From positions 319,672,001-319,736,000 of the forward strand of contig OZ024742.1 in the NCBI GenBank assembly GCA_964016885.1: DNA of 64,000 bases, written 5' to 3'. The notes beneath the pieces are model-generated. The model saw nothing but the letters and a program-made list of their open reading frames with translations, was not told the DNA's origin and searched no databases. A program made the position numbers and the translations under genes. Source of the DNA: Eledone cirrhosa. Lineage: Eukaryota. Position 1 is the first letter of the stretch. Every line of letters starts with the position of its first letter. Shown here one piece after another: positions 1 to 19,160 of this stretch.

Positions 1-600
1 TAGTAGGAGAAGTCGCCTCGAAGAAGACTGTTTATTACTGCAGGGGTGACCGAAAGAAACGAACTCTAGTCTCAGCGGCGTGTGGCGTGATTAGATCTTT
101 GAGGGGGCCAGGAAGGATCTCAGGGTAGCTATTACACCTTCACTGAACGTTGTCAAGGCGATGTCACTGGCAGGAGCTTGGAATTATTTGATATCAGTTG
201 GTGGATCCGGGTGCTTGAGGCGGAAAGCGGACAGGACGCCCGCACTAAGCCGGAGTACCGTGTCGCTCGAAGCTAGTGAACGCACCGCAGCTAAGGCGTC
301 ACTCTCAGTTAGTTGGCGGTTAATCCTGTGACAGAGGTGTTTGGAACTGTTGGGATGGGGGATGTGAGTGTGGTGTGCAGCAGGGGAGAAGGGGGAGCAC
401 AGTCAAAGTGGAGTGGCCGAAGGAGGCGATGTTACCTCTGAGCCTCGAAGTAAGAGAGGGGACCGAGACCTCCCTAACCATTGGATCCCCTGCGCAAGAG
501 TCACAAAATTGAAAAATCGGTTCCAGTTTTGCGGGCTCTTGATGTCTAGCGCTAGGTCGAATGATGACGCTAGTGCTTTACAATTTTGTAAAGTTATAAA
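1..600 (-). mobile_element. CRE-clade (RLE-type non-LTR) retrotransposon relic, pre-RT region; runs off the window start
   Basis: Minus-strand translation with frameshifts: RINRQLTESDALAAVRSLASSDTVLRLSAGVLSAFRLKHPDPP...VIATLRSF...LKDLI...INSLLRG, matching the CRE pattern AVR.LSS.D...L..KHP...SF...LKDL. Confidence 0.7.
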
Positions 601-1049
601 GGCGATTAAGTTGTTAAGGGTGGTTAGTTATAAGGGCGATTAAGAAAAAGGGGAAATATAAACAGCTGACACCGTTTAAAAAAATAAGTAATTCTATTAG
701 CTACTGATTTTAGAATGTTACTGATAGAAGATACTTTGTCTTAAATGTGAATTATCTTTGATGTTGCCGTTTTAAGAAAAGAATAATTTTCCCCCCAATT
801 CAGTTCCAAATGTGTATCTATCTAGGTACAATAGGACCTCAAGTATAACGTAAGGTTGGTATGATTCGGGTTATACTTTTATATAAAGGGTCTACGATAT
901 TTCTGTTTCCTTTTGTGTTTGTAAGTTCATTTTGAGTTCTAATCCTTGTTTAAATTTAATGCGTTATGCTTTAAACATCTCTTCCAGATTTAGTTTTATA
1001 ACGGCGGCGAATTTCCAGGTATATGTTATTAAAATAGTTTTGACGCTTC

Positions 1050-1350
1050 ATTTTATTATTGTTTAAAAATAAATAGAAGTACATACATACAATCAATTAA
1101 TAATTGCTAGGAACTCAACAAAGTGAGATAGAAAAAAACAAAAAAACATCAGTTCCACATAAACTGTGTCAATCGGTCATACACCACACGAGTCATCAGA
1201 AACTGTTGAGACAAGTCAACACGTTCGCAGCATTACCGCGAGTGATGGCGAGGCTAAGACTCTGAAACAACCAAGCACCCTCACAGGCATCAGCTGATAC
1301 CTCGGTAAGGCGAGCCGCTAGCGATGACAAAAACTAGTTATCCCAAACGT
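1050..1350 (-). mobile_element. CRE-clade retrotransposon 3' end (RLE endonuclease C-terminus and 3' UTR)
   Basis: LAARLTEVSADACEGAWLFQSLSLAITRGNAANVLTCLNSF* (TGA 1196-1198) matches the CRE terminal motif FQRLS.A..RGNAA.V; T-rich UTR and AATAAA follow. Confidence 0.75.
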
Positions 1351-1734
1351 TCCAGATGGATTTGAAAGCTCGATCAGTAATTGGGGCACCAACGGAGCAC
1401 CACACTGATGAGGGTGGTACTGTGATAGCAGTTAAGCAATCTGTAAACAGGTTTACAGTCTGTTGGTATGCAGCTGGGAGGTTGAAGAGCCAGAGCTCGC
1501 ATTTAGAACTATTGACATGAAGGCTCCTATGATGAAGTTGTTGGTTAATGTTATGGACAAGTGGTGGTGGTGTTGAAAAATGATCAGGGGGACAGTTTTG
1601 ATACTTCTGCGGTTCCATATTTAAATATGGGCCAGATAATCTTTATCGTAAACAACTAAACTAGAGAAATTCTTTCAATCTCTACGGGCATATTCCTTTA
1701 TCTAGATTACATTCACTGATAGCACGCAGCACAC

Positions 1735-1898
1735 ACTCTAAATGTGGTTGGCGTTAGGAAGGGCATCCAGCTGTAGTACCAGGCCAAAATCTGCCCCGGG
1801 TGGTCTAAACATGGTCCTCTGACCTGATCCTCTCCCTAAGGGTCAACCTGTCCTACCCATGCTAACGTGGAAGATGGACGTTAAACGATGATGATGAT
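1735..1898 (+). mobile_element. RTE-type 3' tail / RTE-related SINE fragment; related pieces near 4395-4600(-), 5485-5550(+), 6110-6320(-), 10440-10530(+), 13190-13350(+)
   Basis: GGTTGGCGTTAGGAAGGGCATCCAGCTGTA...CCCATGCTA...GGACGTTAAACGATGATGATG; the same tail ends the RTE ORF at 11185-11976. Confidence 0.7.
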
Positions 1899-2735
1899 AA
1901 GTTCTACTTTTTTAGATTTAGGTTTAGGCTTGATTGGAGTTAAAGGTTCCTTTGTGTGTGTATGAACGCACAAAGGATACCTCTCATCATGAAGAAATCG
2001 GTTCATGAACAATTTTTCTGAACATAAAACATCTTGGTTGACCAACAGTGTCTCAAGTAACAAACACACAAGCCAGCAACTACAGTTGACAACAAACTGA
2101 GAGTATCAACAGGAAAGCTTCACTTGCTGTGTACTTAGTTGCTATAGTAATATCTATGTGTCTTTCACACAGTCTCGCTCTCACTATATTTCTCTCTCAA
2201 CATGTATAGGGAAAATAGTTTCAGTTTACAAACATTTTGGATGTTGAACTGCTTTCAGGAACGAATTAAGTTTGTGAACTGAGGTTCCACTCTATGAGTA
2301 TATATATATATAATACCGGTGCCACAATATGGAATATATAAGTGAAATGTAGTTCTCCAACACGTCTAATCTTGGACTGGGATACACTGTCCAACCCATG
2401 CCAGCATCAAAAGTGGATATAAAATGGTGACTTGAAATTGTACCTCAGTTTATAAATAAAAAGACTCTACACAAAGTTATGTGCTATAATTTGTTTAATC
2501 TGTCATAAAATTCAGGGCACATCTTAAAATAAAGGTAAATTACATTGATAATGTGTTTCTAGATACCTCAGAAACTGGGTTTGGTCCTGACTGGAACACC
2601 TTTCATTGGATATCTGCTTGATCAAGACATATGAGACTAAATAATAACCAGCTGTACAGAAATGTTAAATTTTTACTGTTGTATCTTTACATTTTATGGA
2701 TCTATTATATCTAATACTATTTCTTATTTTTTCAG

Positions 2736-4385
<1,650 letters not shown>

Positions 4386-6349
4386 TTATAATCATTATCA
4401 TCATCATCATTGATTAATGTCCATCTTCAATGCTAGCATGGGTTAAACGGGTCCCATTTAGAGGCAAGTTGTGTCGGGTGACCGTGTCTCACTCATATAG
4501 GGATGTTTCTGGCTGGATGTCCTTCCTAATGCCAACCACATTGACATTGTGGGCAGGGTGCTTTTTGCCGTGTCTTTTACATGTCCACTTTACAGTGTGG
4601 GCTGGAGGAGGGGGGATACCGTACATACGCTTCAGCTTGTGCTCATGGGAAGTTGGGTTTTCTGTATTACTGCATATTACTAATATCTGGTAAATCATTC
4701 TCTAACATATAGCTTAGCTCTGCACATATTCCTATAAGAGATAAGCCAAATCACTCTCAGTTTGGGTTACTGGCTAGTGGTGCTTTAAATTAAACCACAA
4801 ACATTTCCGCAAATGTAAACAAGTTGCAGATTGCTTCTACACCAACAATGTCAACTCTTCTTAAAAAAAAGCTACAATTTTAATAAATTTATGATAAATA
4901 AAATGAATTTATCTTCACTTCCTTTTGTTTTTAAAATGTATTAAATAGTTCAACAAAAAATATGATGAAAGGAATTAAGTAAATTTATTTTCATACTTCA
5001 TGTTTTAAAAATGCACTAAAATATGACAACTAAAATTATGATGTAGAATGATAAAAAATACCATGTACAAACTTTATACCCTTCATCTGACATTCATAGT
5101 TTAAACCCATATATTTTTTATTTTTTTGAAAATACCTGCTCAAATTGAGGTGCGGCTTATAAGCTGTCAAATATTGTATGTTTTTCCATGCTTATATCGT
5201 TCTTTTCCAGTACAACTTTTTGCTACTCATTACTTTCTTTTGTCATCTCTTCTGGAAGGTTCAGCATTTTGAGATTAGCTCTCACAACTTCTGCTTAAGT
5301 CTTCCTCTACTGCATCTTACTTCCACTGAAATGTCTTGGCAATTCTTCACTGTGAAGTAGTTGATGATGGGAAGGGTATTCAACCGTGGATGGCTTACCA
5401 AATAAAGTGTTGGGAAGACCCTTCAGTTGTGTCAAGGACATGACAGCCTCTCTAATGTTGGTGATCTAAAAGATAAACACACCCAATACATGCTGTAAAG
5501 TGCTTGGTGATAGGAAGGGCATCCAGCCATAGAAATCTTGCCAAAGAAAAGGGTTGGGAGGACTCTTCAGTTGTGTCAAAGACATCACAACCTCTCCTGT
5601 GCCCTCAGTGAAGCGTTAACCGTACATAAAGTGAAAAACTAGTATACTTCCAACCTGATCAACCTCTGGGCTCAAGACCAACTTTAACTTTAGCGAGCTG
5701 CTGAACACTGTCATTGGAGCCTTTGTGAATTAAGTCTGCAGCTAAATACCAGCTGCATCAACCAGTCCACCTCATGGGACTCCTTCATCAGGTGTGAAGC
5801 TCTCTTCACAATTTAGCAGAGTAAAGCAGTAGTCCGGAGACAAAGGAAAGTATGCAGAGTTGCAACTTTAGTAAGTTTTTATTTAACTAAAACAATAAAG
5901 AAAAATACTTAGAATATTATAGAGAATCACTACAAAATATAGTTTGTAATTAAAATGTTTTTAACTAATTGTCAGATCTGGGGAGTATACTTCACAGTTA
6001 AATATTTCACATATCTAGAGATTATCAACAGATTGGAAACCTATGACTTAAGATAAAAATAAGTTATTTCCCTGTATTTGCAGGTTTAGGGATAGTTGTG
6101 GCATGCAAATCATCATGATCACCGTTTTACATCCATTTTTCAACATTAGCATAGGTTAGATGAATTGTCCTGTTGTGAGCAATGCTAGGTCAGGTGACTA
6201 TGCCTTGCTTATACAGAATTGATTTTGGCTTGGTTTCTACAGCTGGATGCCCTTCCCAATGCCAACCTCATTTACTGGGTGCTTTTTGTTGTGATGCCTA
6301 CACGACTGCTTTACAGTGTGGACTTACTCTGACTACTGTACTTTCAGAA

Positions 6350-6975
6350 CACCCACCTCTGCTGCTCATTCGGTCACCCAGGTAGCATAAGTTGTCTACT
6401 GTTTCTACTGAGCCCTCCCAGAATTTGATAGCATTTGTTTCCTGTGGTCATTTGCTGTTTACTGTCCTCGTGCAACTGCTACATGTAAAGCCTACATTCT
6501 TAGCTAAACTTCCTGAGATCCCACTACATCTCTTGTGTACCCATAGTTTGCATATGGGACAGAGGATGGAGTTTCTACTTACACTTTTCCTACATACTGA
6601 GCAAGGTCATTTTTCCTGAGGGGATCTGGGTTCTGTTTTCTTTTGTACTTACTAGGACCTTAGTCTTTGTCAGGTTGACTTTAAGACCCCTTCTTTCTAG
6701 GCCCTGCTTCCATGTTTTGAATATCTTCTCTAGTTCTACCATAAATTCAGCTATGAGTGTAAAATCATCCGCGTACAGAAGTTTCCATGGACAGCCAGTC
6801 TTAAACTCCTCTGTTATAGCCTGCAAAATGATAAACAGGAGAGAGCTAATAACAGAGCCCTAGTGGACACCAACTTGTATTCTAAATTCCTCGCTATAGT
6901 GATTGTTAATCCTAATTTGGCCGACTGCTCCTCTATACATGGTTTGTACAGCCTTCACTGCCACTCATCTACTAG
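6350..6975 (-). mobile_element. RTE-clade LINE reverse transcriptase fragment
   Basis: GCPWKLLYADDFTLIAE...GLKVNLTKTKVL. Confidence 0.85.
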
Positions 6976-8514
6976 ATGCAAATGACTCCACAAAAGAAAA
7001 GATAGTTGAAAAAGTGACTTGGTAAGTTGAAAAGTCTAGCTGGGTTTCTCAAATTTTTTGGCCCACTATCTTCAGATAAAATCAATATATAGCATAATAT
7101 ATAAGCTTCATCTTCATAAATACTAGTTGAGCTATTGGTTTGGACATAATCATTTAAATTTATATAGCATTATTTGCAGTTACACTATAGTAAATAAAAT
7201 AGGTGATGGTGCAGTCAGTGTTTGGTGGCTTAGAATTGGAGGACGATTATGAAGGTATTTCTGTTTCAAATGAAATTGTGGCAGTTATAAATGTTGCAGA
7301 GGAGAAGGGTCGTGCACATTTTTGTCCCTTATAAAGAACAATTGGAGCAAGTTGTGTCTAATGAAATGAAGTGTAAGTCACAGAGCATAGTCCAGGTGTA
7401 GAGAACCTTTTTATGCTAGAAGGCTGCATTAGTAAAGATAATTTTACAGAAAGATTTTTCTTTTTTGATGAGCCATAATCAGTAGAAAAGATAAAAAATA
7501 TACAGTATTTTCGAATGTTGTGCTTCTTTAAGAAAGCCTCACAGTTGCAGGTTCCTCAGTCATCATATAATCCATTGATGCAACATAACTGACAAGTGGA
7601 AACTAGTAGAATAGGAAACCCTGTCTTCAGCAGTATGTGATTTGGGGTAAGAATCCTGACGCTGATAATACAGGATAATCCTATGATTAATACCGCCAGA
7701 CCCTGGAATTTCCTCTTTCAATATTTCATCGTAGTTTCAGAGTTGTCTCCCTTGCCTTGTATAAGAAATATCATTAACGCTAACGTTATTTTGATTGATG
7801 CATTACAGGTGTAATTTTAATCACTGACTAGCTACATTAAACGATAGCTTTCACATACCTATATTTTTTACCTTTGAACTCACTATCATTCTTAAGCCGT
7901 CGACGCCAATCTCATCTGTTTACCAACCTCTAACTTTATCTCCCATCTCATACAGCTGTTAATCATTTTCGCTACCATTCGCTGAATCTAAGACTTTCTA
8001 CATATAATATCTTTGATAGGTTTCGGCTAGTATTGCCCCAGGCTATGTCTAACTTAATAGCATCACCTCTACACAATACAAACAAAGGCGGTAGCAACTA
8101 ATCACCAATGATTTTATTCAATACATCGCGACAAGTAGGAAAAACTGACGTGTCTCGGTTATAACCCTTCCGTGAAGTGTGTAATGAACGAAGTAAATAA
8201 TGGCCAGCTGTATCGATATGGTTAAGGCCAGAATCAGATGTAATAGTAACTATGGGTTCGCACTTAAATCTCATTCCCTACTGTTACCTTTCTCCCAACT
8301 ATTTTCTAACCTTTCCAACTACCCAATTCATTATCATGTCATGGAACACTGTATCTACCCGTAGCTCCCAGTGGAGTCGTATGGCTAGCGTAGTGACGTA
8401 CGGCATTTCTTAAGCATTTTAAAACCTGGTGGAACCCAACTCCTCTCTAGATCTGAACATAGTCCATTTCTTCTACAGGAGGAGAGAGAGTGAAAGGGAA
8501 AAAGAAATATAGAG

Positions 8515-8660
8515 GAAGAATCGACTCCAATACGGGACCAGTACTTTATTATTGACTTCGAAAGGATGAAAAGCAAAGTCAACCTCGGTAGGAGATAGCC
8601 AGAACGAACACTGCAAAGTATTCTATTCGGCGTTTTAACGACTCTGCCAATTCCCCACCT
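8515..8660 (-). mobile_element. tRNA-derived SINE with Meta/MESC-like core
   Basis: Reverse complement contains GAGGTTGACTTTGCTTTTCATCCTTTCG...AATAAAGTACTGG; related to 59641-59821. Confidence 0.65.
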
Positions 8661-8984
8661 CTCATAGAACACTACACTCCATTAAAGTGTCATAACCCAA
8701 ACTTGAGCGTAAACAACTTACCACTGCTTGTCCCAGAGGCGGGAAAGCTCAGATTCGGTTTCGAATCTTCGCCGCCGTTATATATTGTATATGTGAAGTC
8801 GGTTGCACGAGTGTTAGTGTTTGACAATGTTTTTGAAGACATTCAAAACAATATGATTGCCCAACTCTATCTTAACACAAGAAACGAAGATTTCATTACT
8901 ATCTATCTAACGCAATAAGGAAATGAAGAATCGAAAAAGAAAAATATGGCGCAAGTATTACCACGGAAAACGGCCAGCGACACC

Positions 8985-9610
8985 CATTGCAACAGCCACT
9001 GCTTCTGACGAGCCGAGGCCACTGAATATTACTGGGAGGCTTGCCTGTTGCCAGCTGGCACTGGTAAACCTGTCATTGCAGATAAGTTCAGTACTGTGTG
9101 GTATGGCAGCGTTGAGTTCGGCGAGGCGGCCCACAAAGACAACAAGGCGCACCACGGAGAGTGAAAAGGAATTTGGGGAGGGCAAATGATGCGCGTCACT
9201 GTGGTGAAGTTACTCCGTCATCCTCGTCAGGTCAGCATACTTACTCTCCAGGCTCTCTCGTATGGCTGAGTGGACTGAATGACAATGTCATCACAGTCAG
9301 CGCAAAGAAGTTCCTGATATCGGTTGGCGGATCCGTGTGCTTGAGGCGGAAAGTAGACAAGACTTCCGCTGTAGGCCGGAGTACCGTTATGGGGCTGTGT
9401 GTGTGGTGTGCAGCAGGGGAGAAGGGAGAGGACAGTCGAAGTGTAGTGGCCGAAGGAGGCGATGTTACCTCTGAGCCTCGAAGTAAGAGAAGGGACCGAC
9501 ACCACCCTAACCATCGGGATTCCATGTGCAAGAGTCACAAAATTGAAAAATCGGTTCCAGTTTTGCGGGCTATGTCGAATGACGATGATAGTGCTTTACA
9601 ATTTTGTAAA
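8985..9610 (-). mobile_element. CRE-clade relic, copy 2: pre-RT region joined to thumb region (RT core deleted)
   Basis: VLRPTAEVLSTFRLKHTDPP, then FALPKFLFTLRGAP and ASWQQASLPVIFSGLG (CRE motif W.QA.LP...GGLG). Confidence 0.75.
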
Positions 9611-10079
9611 GGTTTGGTTAGTTATAAGGGCGATTAAGAAAAAGGGGAAATATAAACAGCTGACACCGTTTAAAAAATAAGTAATTCTATTGGCTACTGG
9701 TTTTAGAATGTTACGGATAGAAGATACTTTCTCTTGAATTATCTTTGATGTTGCCGTTTTAAGAAAAGAATAATTTGTCCCCCAATTCAATTCCAAATGT
9801 GTATCTATCTAGGTACAATAGGATCTCAAGTATAACATAAGGTTGGTATGATTCGAGTTATACTTTTATATAAAGGGTCTACGATATTTCTGTTTCCTTT
9901 TGTGTTTGTAAGTTCATTTTGAGTTCTAATCCTTGTTTAAATTTAATGCGTTATGCTTTAAACATCTCTTCCAGATTTAGTTTCATTATTTTGTCAATTT
10001 CCAGGTATATGTTATTAAAATAATGTTTTAAAGAAGATATAGTTTTGACGCTTCTTTGTTATGAAATGCAACAATATCA

Positions 10080-10385
10080 TTTTATTATCGTTTAAAAATA
10101 AATAGAAGTACATACATACAATCAATTAATTATTGCTAGGAACCTTATAGATATATAGCACAATACTATACATTCAAAGTGAGATAAAAAAAACAAAAAC
10201 ATCAGTTCAACACAAACTGTGTCAATCGGTCATACACTACACGAGTCATCAGAAACTTTTGAGACAAGTCAACACGCTCGCAGCATTACCGCGGGTGACG
10301 GCGAAGCTAAGACTATGAAAAAACCAAGCTTCCTCACGGGCATCACCTGATACCTCGGTAAAGACTAGTTACCCCAAACGTTCCT
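10080..10385 (-). mobile_element. CRE-clade 3' end, copy 2
   Basis: TEVSGDAREEAWFFHSLSFAVTRGNAASVLTCLKSF* (TGA 10249-10251). Confidence 0.75.
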
Positions 10386-11184
10386 TTCGGCTATAGAAGT
10401 AGTGACCCTCACATTTACTGTGTGTTCGGGTGAGCTAAACATGGTCCTCTGACCTGATCCTCTCCCTAAGGGTCAACCCATTCTACTCATGCTAGCGTGG
10501 AAGATGGACGTTAAACGATGATGATGATGATAAGTTTTACTTTTTTAGATTTAGGTTTAGGCTTGATTGGAGTTACAGGTTCCTTTGTGTGTGTGTGAAC
10601 ACACAAAGGATGCCTCTCATTATGAAGAAATTGTTTTATGAACAATTTTTCTTAACATAAAACTGAACGGTAGAGAAATTCTTCAATCTCTACCGGCATA
10701 TTCCTTTGCTTGAATCATATTCACTGATATAAGTGCTAATTTTTCCATGACTACGAAATGATTCTATTCATTTTAAGCAAAGTCATTTTGAGCGAAGTTA
10801 TTTTGAGTAATGCTAGAGCTGACAAGTTCATCGGCTGACCAAGATACTCTCATGGAATGACCAAATGAGGTTTATTTTTCAACATAGTTCCTGGAAATAA
10901 ACAATGCAGCTATTAAGAAGAGTTGAAATTAATGCATACAAGATTTCACAGCTCTAGCATTATTCTTTTATAGGCATGGAATGATGAAATAGTCTTTGGA
11001 AAGAAACAATGCAGTTATGAATAAGAAAAGTTGAAATTAATGCACATATATATATGAACTGACATAGCTTAATAGGCATCACTCAAAATGCACATAATTT
11101 TAACTTCGCACAAAATGACTTCGCTCAAATGACTGGACACACGACCAAATTACCACCTGAACCTGGAGCTTTGATAGCCATCTC

Positions 11185-12005
11185 ATTCATCATCATCGTT
11201 TAACGTCCATCTTCCACGCTAATATGGGTTAGACGGTTTTGTTCCACTTGATGCGGGAATGGTTGGGAGACCATGTCTCGCTTGGACAGAAGCGTCTCTG
11301 GCAGGTTTTTTTTTTACAGCTGGATGCCCTTCGTAACACCAACCACATTTACAGTGTGGACTGGGAGCCTTTTCACCGTGTCTCCTACACGGCCACCTTA
11401 CAGTGTGGACTGTTGTGTTATTGACAAAGTAGACGGAACGGGAGAGGGAGGGTGGGGTAGGGTGTGGCGGTGGGGTGTACATTGAGTTAAGAGGTGCCTA
11501 CTGACTGTAGGTTTGTATGCAATGGTAGTCGGGTCTTCTGTACAACTGCATGGCGCCAAAGGTCTCGATCCAGTGTTAGAGAGGTGTAGGTGGGCAAGGT
11601 CAGTTTTTATCACCTCGTTCCAGGTTTTTCTTGGTCTACCCACTCCGCAGCTTCCATCAATTTTCATTGCCCTGCACTTTTTTATACAGCTGTCGTCCTT
11701 CATACGCATCACATGTCCATACCAACGCAATCTCTTCTCCAGAACACAACATTTGACACCTCTTATGCTCAGTCTCCCTCTTAGTTCGTTTATGCTTCGC
11801 CTTTCATGCACGTTACTATTACACATCCATCGGAGCACGCAAGCTTCATTTCTTTCTAATCTACGCAGGTCTTCAGCACACAATGTCCAAGTCTCATTAC
11901 CATGTAATATCGCCGTTTGTATACATGCATCATACAATCTGCCTTTCATTTTTAGAGAAAAAACCCTTGTGGCCAACAGCGGTATTAGCTCTCTGAACTT
12001 TTTCC
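11185..12005 (-). mobile_element. 5'-truncated RTE LINE (ORF C-terminus, 3' UTR, (GAT)n tail)
   Basis: KGRLYDACIQTAILHGNETW...RLRWYGHVMRM...GRPRKTW; tail GGACGTTAAACGATGATGATG; absent from duplicate copy 1. Confidence 0.9.
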
Positions 12006-13668
12006 ATTATGTTAACAAATAATTCTTATGAAATTGGATGATTGACAATAGAACTCGAATGAAGAAAATGAAAATATCTCATCTGATTCACTGGATTCAT
12101 ACAGGTTAGAATTAGGTTTAAGCTTGATTGGAGTTACATGTTCCTTTGTGTGTGTATGAATGAAGCATGCAAATAAATTGGGTGAATTGAACTAGATATT
12201 TTCACTTTCTTAATATGAAATCTATTGTGATTAATGCCTAAAACATGATATAAATTCGGTAATATGTTCTGTTAAAAGGATGAATTATCAACAATGTATA
12301 CATACAGGAATCATTTTTATTATAGTGTAGATCTACTCTGAATGGGCAGACCTATGATCCAAGATGTTCTAGCTGTGACTATCCCATCTTTTATATAGTA
12401 TTGTGCTTGCTCTTTTGGTAATAAAAACTGTAATAACAGTGCAAGCTAATAAATTGCAAGCATAAATAAATAAAAAAATACACAAAGTTGTAGCGAAATT
12501 ATCACAGGTAAATTTGTGAATATTGAAATATAGACCAAAATAGCTATAATGCTCTATTGCTTCTCTTCCTCTCTACTGGTTTCAGAGACAGTTGATGTCT
12601 AGTTGTAGTAGTCACTAATCATTGAGGCGAAAGTCATGTTCACTCCTGACACTGGAGATCTTTACTATGAACCATCAACACACACACACATGCATATATA
12701 TTGCACAAAACTACCTGTGGTTGAATAGTTCATTTACCTCGATAGTACACATTCACAATTTATCATTCCAAGATTCTTCTTTTTATAAAAATTACTGCGA
12801 AATCTCGGTTCATGAATGCCTCTCATCATGAAGAAATCGGTTCATGAACAATTTTTCTGAACATAAAACATCTTGGTTGACCAACAGTGTCTCAAGTAAC
12901 AAACACACAAGCCAGCAATTACAGTTGACAACAAACTGAGAGTATCAGCAGGAAAGCTTCACTTGCTGTGTACTTAGTTGCTATAGTAATATCTATGTGT
13001 CTTTCACACAGTCTCTTTCTCACTATATTTCTCTCTCAACATTTTGTATAGGGAAAATAGTTTCAGTTTACAAACATTTTGGATGATGAACTGCTTTCAG
13101 GAACGAATTAAGTTTGTAAACTGAGGTTCCACTCTCTATGAGTATGTGAGTATATATATATATATATAATACTGGTGCCACAATATAAAGCACTCAGTAC
13201 ATCCTACAAAGTGGTTAGTTTTAGGAAGGGCACCTAGCTATAGAAACCATGCCAAAATATGGATTATGATCAAGTTGTAATGCTTAGACACATCTAATCT
13301 TGGATGGGGAAACACTGTCCAACCCATGCCAGCATCAAAAGTGGATATAAAATGGTGACTTGAAATTGTACCTCAGTTTGCAAATGAAAAGACTCTACAC
13401 AAAGTTATATGCTCTAATTTGTTTAATCTGTCATAAAATTCAGGGCACATCTTAAAATAAAGGTAAATTACATTGATAATGTGTTTCTACATACCTCAGA
13501 AACTGGGTTTGGTCATGATTGGAACACCTTTCATTGGATATCTGCTTGATCAAGACATATGAGACTAAATAACAATAAACAGCTGTACAGAAATGTTAGA
13601 TTTTTACTGTTGTATCTTTACATTTTATGGATCTATTATATCATTATACTATTTCTTTATTATTTCAG

Positions 13669-17070
<3,402 letters not shown>

Positions 17071-17379
17071 AATATGATGAGTAAGATTTTCATACTGAAG
17101 AGTAACTGTATCACTGATATAGTTTCGTTGGAAGAACAACCATATTTAACCAAAGGTGTACTCACTTAAAATTGAAGGTATTATTGCATGGCAATTTTGT
17201 AATACTATTTTATATACCCACAAATGTGTATGTACATTAGTGAGATTATCCTATCAGTGTGATTTCAGAATACTTGTATCTCCTTTTTGGAAATTTCTAA
17301 AGGGGAGAAAAGATGCTAATATATTTGACATTGTGGGCAAATAACTGAGAAATTTATTTATCATAAATTATAGATTACA

Positions 17380-18750
17380 TTGATGTAGAGTATTGTCTTC
17401 CTCTACTGCAGTTTCCTTCTACTAGCATCTTCTGGCACCTCTTCACACAGCATTCAACATCTGTTCAATCATATCAGTGCAATCTTCTCCCTTGCAGAGT
17501 ACATCTGATATCTCTTATATCCAATTTTTCTTTCAGTTCATTTATACACACTAATATTATACATCCAATGGAGTATGTTCACTTCATTTCTCACCAGTCT
17601 GCATTTACTGCACTTCTTATGCAGGCATCATACAATCTCCTTTACTCAGAGAGAGTCCCTTTGTTGGCAACAGTGGTTGTAACTCCTTGGATTTTTTTCT
17701 AACCTGTTTTTATTCTAGTAGTTATTATGCTCCCAAAGCAATCTTCTCCATTGTTAATTAGGTCACCTATGTAGTAGAAACTATCGACTACTTCTATGGT
17801 ACTTTCCTGAGATTGGACAAGGTTTATTTCACTGCTGCTTCTACTACCAATTGCCCCTGTGCATTTGCCACATGCACATTTTATCTTATCTTTCTGTTAG
17901 CCTGCCAACAATCCTACTACACCTCCTGTGTATCTGTAGCTTACATTGTGTAATAATTCTACATATCAAAAACTGCCACTATCCTAATGGAATCAGAGTA
18001 CTATCCTCTTTACTACTTACTAAATATTTGGTCTTTGCTAGGTTTACACTGAGCCCTTTTTATTCTAAGTTCTGTTTCCACAACAGTAATTTATTCACAA
18101 GCTTTTCCACAAATTTGGCCATAAGAACCAAATCATCAACCTACAGAAATTCCCATAGACAGCCAGTCTTAAACTTTTGTATTATGGCCTGGAGAGTTAT
18201 GATAAACAAGAGGAAGTTGAGAACTGAACCCTGATGAACACCCAACCTTCACATTAAATTCGTTACTAAACTCATTACCTACTCTCATTCTACCATCTTC
18301 ATAACCTGATCTATTAGTCTTATGCCTCTAGTTGTTCCTTACTGGTCACCTTCCCTCATGTAACAGTTAATGAGTATACTGCTATATATGACATCAGCTT
18401 GTATTACTTGGTTGACTATGTGGGTGACTAGTTTGACTCCTACTTCTCTAGATGATTTCAGTATCACAGCAACTATCTCTGACAGTCAAGCAGCTTTACA
18501 ATTTTTCATTTTCCTCATTGTTTCTTTGACCCTATAACTGTCAATTTCAATAGCCAATCCCTGTTTTGAGTCCTCTGGAGGTAGTCCTTCCTTTCACTCA
18601 TTCTCCACATAACCATTCATAGTAGCATTTCCAGGTTTCTCTCTTCAGAGTATCAGTGTCATTTACAACACACTTCTCAATGACATCCTAATTCACAGTG
18701 ACACACTGGACTCCTTTGTATCTATTCTTGTGTATCATAATATCCTTGTC
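17380..18750 (-). mobile_element. Degenerate RTE LINE, RT region
   Basis: Reverse strand GVHQGSVLN..LFII...KTGCLWEFL.VDDLVL; homologous to 6350-6975 and 11700-12000. Confidence 0.75.
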
Positions 18751-19034
18751 ATCAGTCACTAATTTGTAGAGTTGATACTATTCCATTCATTCCTGCTTTC
18801 TGTTGAGGCTGGGCAGTGGAAGGTAGCGTCAGCCATATGGTTGGCTTCCTCAACCCATCTACACATTGTGACGACCGTGTGTGTGGATATGATTTTCATA
18901 TTGATGGTAGGACGCTGACAATTTTTTCTTGTTTTTGAATTCCCACTAGTCTCCTCCATTCTTCCTCCTACACTACAGGCAGTTTCTTTTATGTATATTG
19001 TGGACATTGTTGAATTACTGGTAAAAATCATATT

Positions 19035-19160
19035 TTCAGCTGTGTGAGCTAGAACAATGTAAAATAAAGTATCTTACTGAAGGAGACAATACGCTACAGG
19101 GAATCTAACTCGTCACCTTTCGATTGTGAGCTGAATACCCTAACCACTTTGCCACATGCT
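19035..19160 (-). mobile_element. tRNA-derived SINE fragment
   Basis: Reverse strand A box-like GTGGCAAAGTGGTTAGG, B box-like GAGTTAGATTCCC, then TTGTGTCTCCTTCAGTAAGATACTTTATTT. Confidence 0.6.

Noticed and set aside
368-643. Plus-strand ORFs 368-643 and 9161-9637 conserved between the duplicates
   Set aside because: Antisense to CRE relics; similarity is explained by the duplication.
10775-11140. Short inverted repeats and a mariner-like end fragment
   Set aside because: Too degenerate to define boundaries or a TSD by eye.
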